Source: Alphaproteobacteria bacterium
GTDB lineage: Bacteria; Pseudomonadota; Alphaproteobacteria; UBA828
Assembly (NCBI GenBank): GCA_965214705.1
Contig: CBDCCI010000002.1
Span: forward strand, 1,408,001 to 1,472,000
Length of the DNA: 64,000 bases
Reading direction: 5' to 3'
The position numbers were made by a program, and so were the translations under genes. The number at the start of each line of letters is the position of its first letter. The first letter of the stretch is position 1. Shown here piece after piece: positions 52,682 to 61,677 of this stretch. Under the pieces are notes generated by a model. It made no database searches. It saw only the letters and a program-made list of their open reading frames with translations, and had not been told where the DNA came from.

Positions 52682-53784
52682 TCGAGTTCATCAAGCGAGT
52701 CCTCGAGGAGGCCGGCGGCGATCTCTCCGACATCGTGAAGCTCAACACTTACTACCAGCACGACGGGGAGGGCGCCGACATCACCCGTTTCTGGGAGGAG
52801 ATGACCGAGGTCAGGAAGGAATACCTGTCCGATCCCGGCCCGGTGGGGACGGCCGTCCGCGTCCGGGGCTTCGCTTACGAGGGGCTGCTCATCGAGATCG
52901 AGGCCATTGCCGTCGTCGGCCGCAAGAAGCAGCGGCTCATGCCTGCCAACCACTGGGACTGGAGCATTCCGGTCCCATTCTCCCAAGGCTGGAAGGTGGA
53001 CGATCTGATCTTCGTTGGAGGACAGATATCATCTGACGACAAGGGGCACACCATCGCTCCCGACGATATCGGCCAGCAGGTGAGGAACGTCTTCGGCTCG
53101 ATCCAGAGCGTACTCAGGGAGGGCGGCGCGGAGCTATCCGACCTCATAAAGTTCAACACCTACTACGAGTTCGAGGGCGAGGGCGACGCGCTCCGGCAAT
53201 ATTGGGAAGACATGACCAGAGTCCGCATGGAATATCTCAGCGATCCGGGCCCTGCCGGTACCGCGGTCCGGGTCAACGGCTTCGCCTTTGAGGACCTGCT
53301 CGTCGAGATCGAAGGCATCGCCTGCGTGGGCGCGGACAAGCAGCGCCTGATGCCGGCCAACCATTGGGACTGGAGCATACCGGTCCCGCTCTCGCAGGGC
53401 TGGAAGGTCGGCGACTACATCTTCGTCGGCGGTCAGATATCAGGCGATAGCAAGGGAAGCGCCATCGGCGTCGGCGACATCGCCACGCAGACCCGCAACA
53501 CCTTCGAGAACATCCGCGCGGTGCTTAAGGAGGCCGGGGCGGACCTGGAGCACATCGTGCGCCTCAACACGTACTACGACCAGGTCGGTGAGGGTCAGGC
53601 GCTGCAGGACTACTGGGAGGCCATGACCAAGGTCCGGATGGACTATCTCGCGAACCCGGGGCCCGTCGGTACCGCCGTTCGCGTCAACGGTCTCGGCTAT
53701 CAGGATTTGCTCATCGAAATCGAGGCCATCGCCTACGTCGGGTCGTGATTGGATAACCCGTCTTGGCGCCAAGGAGGAGCTGAC

Positions 53785-54690
53785 ATGATCAAGAACCCCG
53801 TTCCCTGGCCGGACGGCGCCAAGTGCGCCGCCGCCATCACATTCGACATCGATACCGACAGCATCCTGCATCTCGAGCACAGGGAGAGGGCGGATACGAT
53901 GCTGTCGTCGCTGTCGTGGCTGAAATACGACGAGGTCGCGATCCCGCGCATTCTCGACATGTACCGGGAATGCGACATCAAGCAGACCTTCTTCTATCCG
54001 GCGTGGTGCATGGAGCGCTATCCCCATCTCGTCGAGATGATCCTCAAGGATGGCCACGAGATCGCCGCCCACGGCTACATTCATGAAGACCCGAACAAGC
54101 TGCCGCGGGAGGAAGAGCACTACTGGCTGAGGCGCCAGATCGACGTCATCGAAAAGATGACCGGCCAGCGCCCGCGCGGCTGGCGCGGCCCGCTCTACAA
54201 CGCGTCCAAGTACTCGGTCGACCTCTTGATCGAGGAGGGGCTCATCTACGACGCCACGCTGATGGGCGACGACGTGCCCTACGTCCTGAAGACAGCGCAG
54301 GGGAGCGTCATCGAGCTTCCCTCTCACTGGGCCATGGACGACTGGCCGCACTACACCCACTCGTTCGACTTCAACTACATGATGACGATCAAGTCGCCGG
54401 ACGAAGCGATGAACGTCTTCATGTCCGAGTTCGAGGCCATGTACGACTTCGGCGGCCTGTGGGTCACCGTGTGGCACCCCTTCGTCTCCGGGCGCCTGGC
54501 GCGCTGCCGCCGCGTCCAGCAGATGATCGAGTACATGCAGAACAAGGGTGGCGTCTGGTTCACGACCATGGAGGAGATCGCCAAACACGTCCAAGCGTGT
54601 ATAGACGACGGCAGCTGGACGCCGCGCGTGGACAACCTGCCCTACTACGACGGCCTGGTGCCGGAACTGGAGAGGCTGGCCGCCGAGTAA
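53785..54690 (+). CDS. Polysaccharide deacetylase/PuuE-like CE4 hydrolase
   Basis: AAGGAGG RBS; TFDID, HEIAAHGYIH, GWRGP, WHP. Confidence 0.9.
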   Translation: MIKNPVPWPDGAKCAAAITFDIDTDSILHLEHRERADTMLSSLSWLKYDEVAIPRILDMYRECDIKQTFFYPAWCMERYPHLVEMILKDGHEIAAHGYIHEDPNKLPREEEHYWLRRQIDVIEKMTGQRPRGWRGPLYNASKYSVDLLIEEGLIYDATLMGDDVPYVLKTAQGSVIELPSHWAMDDWPHYTHSFDFNYMMTIKSPDEAMNVFMSEFEAMYDFGGLWVTVWHPFVSGRLARCRRVQQMIEYMQNKGGVWFTTMEEIAKHVQACIDDGSWTPRVDNLPYYDGLVPELERLAAE

Positions 54691-54739
54691 GGCGAGACGG
54701 ACTGTCCCGTCACAGACGGCTATCGGGATGGAGGGAGAA

Positions 54740-56185
54740 ATGGCTGGCACGACGCTCATCAGGAACGCCGACTGGGTCGTGGGCTACGACCCTGACAAGG
54801 ACGGTCACGTCTACATGCGCGGCGCCGACGTGGCCTTCGCGAACGACACGATCGTCCACGTCGGCAGAGACTACGGTGGCGAGGCCGAGCATGTCATCGA
54901 TGGCAAGGACGTGATGGTCCTTCCCGGAATGCTCGACCTTCATCTGCATGGCTACATGGAAATGCACGGCAAGGGGTTCTTCGAAGACCTCGCCACCAAG
55001 CACATGTGGATGACGCAGCTGCTCGAGTACACGTGGATTCTGCAGGACGACAGGGAATCGTCATTTGCTGCGACTCAGGCGTCGGCCTGCGATCTGCTGA
55101 AGAGCGGCTGCACCACGATGGCGGAACTCTACTGTTCCGGCCTGCCGTTCGACGGATGGGTGGACATGCTGGCAGGCACGGGTATTCGGACCTATGCGTG
55201 CCCAATGGTGCAGTCCGCTCACTGGTACACGTCCGACGGCAAGGATCACCTCTACGAGTGGTACGAAGAGAAGGGCTTCGAGAACCTCGAGCGTTCCCTT
55301 GAGATAATCGACGACGCGATTGCGCATCCCAGCGGCCGCTTGCACGGAATGGTTGGCCCGGCCCAGGCCGACACCTGCACGGAAGAGATGTTCCGGCGGT
55401 GCAAGGGGGCCGCTGACTCCAGAGGGATTCTGTTGCAGACCCATGCTGCACAGTCCGTCATGGAACATCGCGAGATGGTCCGGCGCCACGGCAAGACGCC
55501 GATCGAATGGCTGGACGATATCGGCGTGCTCGGCCCGAACACGCTGTTAGGGCACGCCATCGACATCGACCAGCATCCCTGGGTCAACCACCACGAGCAT
55601 CGCGACCTGGAACGCCTAGCCCGGTCCGGCTCGTCCGTCGTGCATTGCCCGCGCGCCTTCGCCCAGTGGGGAGACATGATGCGGAGCCTCGGCGGCTACC
55701 GCGCCGCCGGCGTCAACATGGCGCTCGGCACCGATTGCTACCCGCACGACCTGGTCGAGGAGATGCGAATCGCAGGCCTCATGTCGAAGGTGGCGAGCGG
55801 CCATGTCGACCTGCTGCCGACAGACGCCGTGTTCGAGATCGCGACGTTGGGCGCCGCCCGGGCGCTCGGTCGGGACGACCTGGGGCGTTTGGCGACCGGT
55901 GCCAAGGCGGATCTCGCCCTGGTCGATCTGCGTCATCCCTCGATGCGCCCGGTGCGCGATCCGCTGAAGTGCCTGATCTATTCCGGCACGGCCGCGGCGG
56001 TCCGCGACGTTTTCGTGAACGGCGAGCAAGTGGTGAAGGACCGCACCGTGCTCACGATCGATCAGGACGATGCGCTGGACCGTCTGCAGGAAGGCCAACA
56101 GCGGGCGCTCGACCGAATTCCGGAACTGGACTGGGCGAAGCGCAGCGCCGACGATATGTCTCCCTTCTGCCTGCCAATCGACTGA
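54740..56185 (+). CDS. Amidohydrolase family protein
   Basis: PGMLDLHLH, THAAQS, HCP, GTD. Confidence 0.9.
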   Translation: MAGTTLIRNADWVVGYDPDKDGHVYMRGADVAFANDTIVHVGRDYGGEAEHVIDGKDVMVLPGMLDLHLHGYMEMHGKGFFEDLATKHMWMTQLLEYTWILQDDRESSFAATQASACDLLKSGCTTMAELYCSGLPFDGWVDMLAGTGIRTYACPMVQSAHWYTSDGKDHLYEWYEEKGFENLERSLEIIDDAIAHPSGRLHGMVGPAQADTCTEEMFRRCKGAADSRGILLQTHAAQSVMEHREMVRRHGKTPIEWLDDIGVLGPNTLLGHAIDIDQHPWVNHHEHRDLERLARSGSSVVHCPRAFAQWGDMMRSLGGYRAAGVNMALGTDCYPHDLVEEMRIAGLMSKVASGHVDLLPTDAVFEIATLGAARALGRDDLGRLATGAKADLALVDLRHPSMRPVRDPLKCLIYSGTAAAVRDVFVNGEQVVKDRTVLTIDQDDALDRLQEGQQRALDRIPELDWAKRSADDMSPFCLPID

Positions 56186-56369
56186 ACGGCGATGACCTTT
56201 CACGTCCGGCTCTGCTGTTCGGCGCGCCGAACGGCAGAGGAGGGTTACACACAAACTCGGGTGTGGCGACATTGGGGGCGGATCAGGAACAGAAATTGAT
56301 TGACCTTTCCGAAAAGTTGGTCAAACGGGGATCCTAATCCGCTGAAAAGTAAGAGAGAATACAAATAGG

Positions 56370-56444
56370 TGGTGACCCCTACGGGAATTGAACCCGTGTC
56401 TCCACCTTGAAAGAGTGGTGTCCTAACCTCTAGACGAAGGGGTC
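56370..56444 (-). tRNA. tRNA-Glu(TTC)
   Basis: GACCCCT...CCACT-CTTTCAA-GGTGG...GGTTCAATTCCC...GGGGTCACCA; 75 nt with encoded CCA. Confidence 0.97.
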
Positions 56445-56498
56445 AGCGCGTCAGTCGGCGCTATGTAGCGGGCGTGGTGCCTCGAAATCAAGGGGCGA

Positions 56499-58307
56499 TC
56501 AAGGGTCGGATGGCGGGGGCGCCGGGGCGCCGTCGTCGATGTGGAGCTCGACCGCGCGGGTGCCCCGGCGTCGGTCGAGGCGGAGCCGGCCCGCCAGGTG
56601 GAACGGCTCGCCAGCGCCCGCCAGCAGCGCGTGGCCCAAGGCGTTGTCGGCGGCGCGGAAGGCGATGCCCTTGAGCCGCCTGCCCGAGCGGCCTGCAAGC
56701 TGGCAGCGCACGTGGCCCCGGCCCACGATATCGGTGCGCAGTAGCTGGGCGCCGGCGACGGCGAAGCGGGGCTCCGGGTTGCCGGCGCCGTAGGGGCCGG
56801 CCGCCTCCAGCATCTCCAGCAGGTCCGCCGTCGCGCCCTCGACGCCGAGCGCGCCGTCGAGCCCGAGGGTCGGAGTGCGCTCGGCTTCGTCCGCGTCCGC
56901 GCCCAGGCGCTGATGCAGGAACTCCTCCAGCGGTGAAATCTTCGCACGCTCCACGGTGAAGCCCGCTGCCATCGGGTGGCCGCCGCCATTGACCAGCAAC
57001 CCTGCCTGACGCGCGGCCGTGATCGCGGCGCCGATATCGACGCCCGGCACCGAGCGGCAGGACGCCTTGCCGACACCGTCCGCGCCATCCTCCCAGGCGA
57101 CGACGACCGCCGGCCGGTTGTAGCGCTCCTTCAGCCGGCTCGCGACGATGCCGATGACGCCGGCATGCCAGCGCTCGTCGTGGGCGAAGACCAGGGGGAC
57201 CGCCGCCGTCGCGCCATCGCCCGCCGTTTCGACCTGCTCGATGGCCTCCTCCAGCACCGCCTGCTCGATGGCCTGGCGCTCGCGGTTGAGCGCGTCGAGG
57301 TGCCGGGCGATCTCCCGTGCCTTGTCGTCATCCTCGGTCGTCATCAAGCGCGCGCCCAGGCTGGCTTCGCCGACCCGGCCGCCGGCGTTGACGCGCGGCC
57401 CCAGAATGAAGCCCAGGTGATAGACCCCCGGCGGCTCCTCCAGCCCGGCGACGTCGCCGAGCGCCCTGAGCCCGACGTTGCGGCGCTGGCGCATCATCGT
57501 GAGTCCCTGGCGCACGAAGGCGCGGTTGACGCCGGTAAGCGGCACTACGTCGCAGACGGTGCCGAGCGCCACCAGGTCGAGCCATTGCAGGAGGTCGGGC
57601 TCTTCCCGCTCGCGGTACCAGCCCGCCTCGCGCAGGTGCCGGTTGAGCCCGACGACGAGGAGAAAGGCCACGCCCACGGCGGCGAGCTGGCGGTGCGGGC
57701 TCTCGTCATCCAGCCGGTTGGGGTCGATCACGGCGCACGCCCGTGGCAGCCGCGCTTCGGCCACGTGGTGGTCGACCACGATCACGTCGAGCCCGGCGTC
57801 GGCGGCGTCTTCGAGCGCGTCGAAGGCGCTGATCCCGCAATCCACCGTGACGACCACGCGCACCTCCTGCGCAGCCAGCATGCGCATGGCGTTGGCATTA
57901 GGGCCGTAGCCCTCGCGCAGGCGGTCGGGGATGTAGATGGTCGGCGGATCGGCAACGGCCTCGAAGAATCGGCTGAGCAGCGCGGCGGAGGTCGCGCCGT
58001 CCACGTCGTAGTCGCCGAAGATCGCGATTTTCTCGCCCGCCTCCAGCGCGCCTGCGAGCCGCGCGATGGCCCGCTCCATGTCCTTGAGGTGGAGCGGATC
58101 GGGCAGCAGCCGGCGCAGCGTCGGGTCGAGGTAGTCCGGCGCGTCTTCCGCCGCGATGCCGCGGGCCGCGAGCACGCGCCCGACCAGCTCCGGCACCTCG
58201 ATGGCCTGGGCAAGCGAGAGGCCGGCCATCGAATCGTCGAGCCTCGCGCGCCAGCGCTTGCCGAGCAGCGACCGCTCGACCCCGAGCATCGCCGCCCCGT
58301 CTTTCAT
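56499..58307 (-). CDS. recJ: ssDNA exonuclease RecJ
   Basis: GDYDVDG, TVDCG, DHH, LGPRVNAGGR, GGH. Confidence 0.97.
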   Translation of the reverse strand: MKDGAAMLGVERSLLGKRWRARLDDSMAGLSLAQAIEVPELVGRVLAARGIAAEDAPDYLDPTLRRLLPDPLHLKDMERAIARLAGALEAGEKIAIFGDYDVDGATSAALLSRFFEAVADPPTIYIPDRLREGYGPNANAMRMLAAQEVRVVVTVDCGISAFDALEDAADAGLDVIVVDHHVAEARLPRACAVIDPNRLDDESPHRQLAAVGVAFLLVVGLNRHLREAGWYREREEPDLLQWLDLVALGTVCDVVPLTGVNRAFVRQGLTMMRQRRNVGLRALGDVAGLEEPPGVYHLGFILGPRVNAGGRVGEASLGARLMTTEDDDKAREIARHLDALNRERQAIEQAVLEEAIEQVETAGDGATAAVPLVFAHDERWHAGVIGIVASRLKERYNRPAVVVAWEDGADGVGKASCRSVPGVDIGAAITAARQAGLLVNGGGHPMAAGFTVERAKISPLEEFLHQRLGADADEAERTPTLGLDGALGVEGATADLLEMLEAAGPYGAGNPEPRFAVAGAQLLRTDIVGRGHVRCQLAGRSGRRLKGIAFRAADNALGHALLAGAGEPFHLAGRLRLDRRRGTRAVELHIDDGAPAPPPSDP

Positions 58308-58321
58308 CGCCTCGCTCTATG

Positions 58322-58560
58322 CCGTAGGGGAGGGGAGCACGTGCCCCCTCCTCACCCCAGCCCTCTCCTCCCCCCGGGGGGAGGAGAGGGATAATTTCCC
58401 ATTGCCGTCTACGACCTCTCTCCGCCCTGTCGGGCCGCAGGCCCGGAGCGCGCGACTGCGCGCCGCGCCGTATGGCGCGAAAGCCAAGCGAGCGGAGCGA
58501 GCGCCCGGCGATTGAGGGAAATGCATAAGCCGGGAGAGGGACAGGGAGAGGTGGGAGGGT
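58322..58560. repeat. REP-like palindromic intergenic elements
   Basis: CCCTCTCCTCCCCCCGGGGGGAGGAGAGGG hairpin; related GGGAGAGGGACAGGGAGAGG near 58531-58552. Confidence 0.55.
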
Positions 58561-58575
58561 CGCAGCGGAGTCACA

Positions 58576-59562
58576 TCACGCGCCGATGCGCTCGGGCGCG
58601 CGGGAGAAATCGTGCTCGGCTTCGATCATGCGCACGGTGCCGGTGCGCGAGCGCATGACCACCGAGCTGGTGCGCGCGCCGTGGGGGAGGCGCGAGACGC
58701 CCCGCAGCATCGCGCCGTCGGTGACTCCGGTGGCGCAAAACATCACCTCGCCGCCGGCAAGCTCGTGCAGGGTGTACTTGCGCTTGAGATCGGTGACGCC
58801 CATCGCTCGAGCGCGCGCCTTCTCGTCGTCGTTGCGGAAGACCAGCCGGCCCATCATCTGGCCGCCGATGCAGCGGAGCGCCGCGGCGGCCAGCACGCCC
58901 TCGGGCGCACCGCCGATCCCCATGTAAATGTCGACGGTGCGGTTGAGCCGCGTGGTCGCGATCACGCCGGCGACGTCGCCGTCCCGGATCAGCTGGATAC
59001 GTGCGCTGGTCTCGCGCACCTTGGCGATCAGCTCCTCGTGCCGGGGCCGATCCAGGATCAGCACGGTCAGCTCGTTGACGTCGCAGTCCTTCGCCTTGGC
59101 GAGCTTGGCCAGCGTCGTGTCCGGGGGGTCGTCGAGGTCGACCAGCTCGTCCGGCAGCCCGTCGCCGACGGCGATCTTGTCCATGTAAGTGTCGGGAGCG
59201 GCGAGGAAGCCGCCTTTTTCCGCCATCGCGAGCACGGCGAGCGCGTTGGGGCCGCCGGTGGCGCAGATGGTTGTGCCTTCGAGTGGGTCGAGCGCGACAT
59301 CCAGGCTGGGCCCCTTGCCGGTGCCCACGGTCTCGCCGATGAAGAGCATCGGCGCCTCGTCCCGCTCGCCTTCGCCGATCACCACCGTGCCGTCGATATC
59401 GAGCGCGTTGAGGCCCCGTCGCATGGCATCGACGGCGGCCTGATCGGCGGCCATCTCGTCGCCGCGACCGATTAGCCGGGCCGCCGCGCGGGCCGCGGCC
59501 TCGGTCACGCGCACCGTGTCCAGCGCCAGGTTCCGGTCGAGGGAGATCGTCTCCTCTGCCAT
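58576..59562 (-). CDS. glpX: Class II fructose-1,6-bisphosphatase
   Basis: VIGEGERDEAPML, DPLEGT, GGAPEGV, ATGVTDG. Confidence 0.97.
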   Translation of the reverse strand: MAEETISLDRNLALDTVRVTEAAARAAARLIGRGDEMAADQAAVDAMRRGLNALDIDGTVVIGEGERDEAPMLFIGETVGTGKGPSLDVALDPLEGTTICATGGPNALAVLAMAEKGGFLAAPDTYMDKIAVGDGLPDELVDLDDPPDTTLAKLAKAKDCDVNELTVLILDRPRHEELIAKVRETSARIQLIRDGDVAGVIATTRLNRTVDIYMGIGGAPEGVLAAAALRCIGGQMMGRLVFRNDDEKARARAMGVTDLKRKYTLHELAGGEVMFCATGVTDGAMLRGVSRLPHGARTSSVVMRSRTGTVRMIEAEHDFSRAPERIGA

Positions 59563-59571
59563 GGACGCCCC

Positions 59572-60879
59572 CTAGAACGCTTCGATCCGGATCATGCGCG
59601 GCGGCTCCAGCACCGTGTCGAGACGGTCGATGGCGGCGAGCGCGCTGACCACCGCCGCTTCCTGCGCCTCGTGGGTGGTGAGCACTACGGGCACCAGCTC
59701 GCCGGGGTTGCGACCGCGCTGCAGCATGGCCTCCACGGAGACCTGCTCGTCGCGCAGGCAGGCGGCGATGCCGGCAATCACGCCCGGCTTGTCCACCACC
59801 ATCAGGCGAATGTAGTAGGCACCGACGTGGTGGTTCATGGGCTTCGCCGCTGGCCGGGCCGTGCCGGCTGTCGCGGCGGGGAAGGCCGGCATGATCTGGC
59901 CGCGGGCGATATCCGCGAGATCGGCGACCACCGCCGATGCGGTCGGGCCTGCGCCTGCGCCCGGCCCCTCGAACAGCGCGCTGCCAATCCGATCGCCCTC
60001 CGCCACCACGGCGTTGAAGACGCCGTCAACGCGGGCAATGGGTGCCGTCTCGCGGATCATGCAGGGATGCACGCGCCGCGTGATCGCGACCTCGTCGGCG
60101 CGGGCGATTCCCAGGAGCTTGACCCGGTAGCCGAGCTCGATGGCGAAGCCGATGTCGAGCGCGCTGACGTGGCGAATGCCCTCGACGTGCACGGCGCCGA
60201 AGTCGACCGGGCAGCCGAACACGACGCTGGTGAGGATCGCGAGCTTGTGGGCCGCGTCGATGCCGTCGATGTCGGTCGAGGGATCGGCCTCTGCATAGCC
60301 GAGGTCCTGCGCCTCCTGCAGAACGGAGTCGAAATCGCGCGCCTGGCCGGCCTGCACGGACTCGTGCATCGCGGTCATGATGTAGTTGCAGGTGCCGTTC
60401 AGGATGCCGTAGACGCCGCCGATCCGATTGCCGGCGAGGCCCTCGCGTAGCGCCTTGACGATGGGGATGCCGCCGGCGACTGCGGCCTCGTAACCGAGGT
60501 GGCGGCCCGCTTGCCGGGCCGCTTCCGCGAGCGCCGCACCGTGATGGGCGAGCAGGGCCTTGTTCGCGGTCACCAGGTGCTTGCCGTTGGCGAAGGCGGC
60601 CTCGGAGAGCGCCCGCGGGATCCCTTCCGAGCCGCCGATCAGCTCGACCACGACATCGACAGCGGGGTGGGCGGCAAGCTCCCGGGCATCGTCGCGCCAG
60701 TCGAGTCCTTCGAGCCCGACCCCGCGATCTTTACCCCTATCGCGCGCGGAGACCGCGACCGCCTCGATCGATCGGCCCGTGCGTTGTTCGAGCAGCGCAG
60801 CGTTGTCGCGCAGCAGCGCGAGCACGCCGCAACCGACCGTGCCCAGCCCGGCAATGCCGATACGTAGCGGTTCAGGCAT
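59572..60879 (-). CDS. hom: Homoserine dehydrogenase
   Basis: GLGTVG, TANKA, EAAVAGGIP, GYAEADP; C-terminal ACT domain. Confidence 0.97.
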   Translation of the reverse strand: MPEPLRIGIAGLGTVGCGVLALLRDNAALLEQRTGRSIEAVAVSARDRGKDRGVGLEGLDWRDDARELAAHPAVDVVVELIGGSEGIPRALSEAAFANGKHLVTANKALLAHHGAALAEAARQAGRHLGYEAAVAGGIPIVKALREGLAGNRIGGVYGILNGTCNYIMTAMHESVQAGQARDFDSVLQEAQDLGYAEADPSTDIDGIDAAHKLAILTSVVFGCPVDFGAVHVEGIRHVSALDIGFAIELGYRVKLLGIARADEVAITRRVHPCMIRETAPIARVDGVFNAVVAEGDRIGSALFEGPGAGAGPTASAVVADLADIARGQIMPAFPAATAGTARPAAKPMNHHVGAYYIRLMVVDKPGVIAGIAACLRDEQVSVEAMLQRGRNPGELVPVVLTTHEAQEAAVVSALAAIDRLDTVLEPPRMIRIEAF

Positions 60880-61100
60880 GAAGATTTGCTTCTTTCAGGT
60901 TGGTCTGTGGCGTCGGGTCAACGCGGCCGGCCGATCCTCGACCGCCCGGCACGCAGTGGGGGCGATGGGTCACGACAGGGGAGGGGTCTCGGCGAGCCGG
61001 TCGCGATGCGGGTGGTGCCGCAAGCCGACGGCTGCCAGCGCGCCGTTGGTACGGTCGAGCAAGACGCCCGGCAGGATCATCCGCCGTTTGCCGCTGCGGG

Positions 61101-61466
61101 CTACTCGGTTTCCTCTGCCGGCTGATACACGGCGCGAACCTGCGTCATCGGCTCTTCCGACTCCACCCGCGCACGGAGTTCGTCGGCCGTGTGTTGTGCC
61201 TTCTCGCGGTCCGCTACCAGGCCGGCGGCCAGCTCGACGCGCTCTTCAGCACTCGAAACGGCGGGCGCCTCGCTCGGCACTTCGCTCACGGAGCGATAGG
61301 AGTCGTCGCCATCGGACACCGCATCGCCGGCGAAGATTTCATCGTCATCCTCGACATAGCTGAAAAGGTCGCCGATGTAATCGGTCGTGTCCTCGACTGC
61401 CGTGCATCCGGTCACGATGAGACCGAGAGCAAGCGGTGCGATCGCGAGGAGCGCAAGTGGCCGCAT
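61101..61466 (-). CDS. Small lipoprotein
   Basis: MRPLALLAIAPLALGLIVTGC lipobox; acidic mature region. Confidence 0.6.
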   Translation of the reverse strand: MRPLALLAIAPLALGLIVTGCTAVEDTTDYIGDLFSYVEDDDEIFAGDAVSDGDDSYRSVSEVPSEAPAVSSAEERVELAAGLVADREKAQHTADELRARVESEEPMTQVRAVYQPAEETE

Positions 61467-61677
61467 CCGCTGCCGCCTGAGAGTGGGTGTGGTCGTCTGC
61501 TGGCTCGGGGAATCGTGCATGGGGAATTCTCCTGGTTGGCTGGCGATGCCCTGCAACCGCCAGCGTTGAGAACCGTCCGACTCGTGGGTAGCATATACGC
61601 AATTCAGATCATTCGCATTGGCGGGCGGCGGCCGACAGGCGCGCCTGCCAACCCACCCCACACGGACACGGCTCACG

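Larger units (their letters stand above)
50823..53748 (+). pseudogene. Triple-domain Rid/YjgF protein (~412 aa restored) interrupted by ISKra4
   Basis: 50823-51002 joins 52690-53748 in frame; three ~137-aa repeats RLMP.NHWDWS...FVGGQ...EIE(A/G)IA. Confidence 0.9.
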
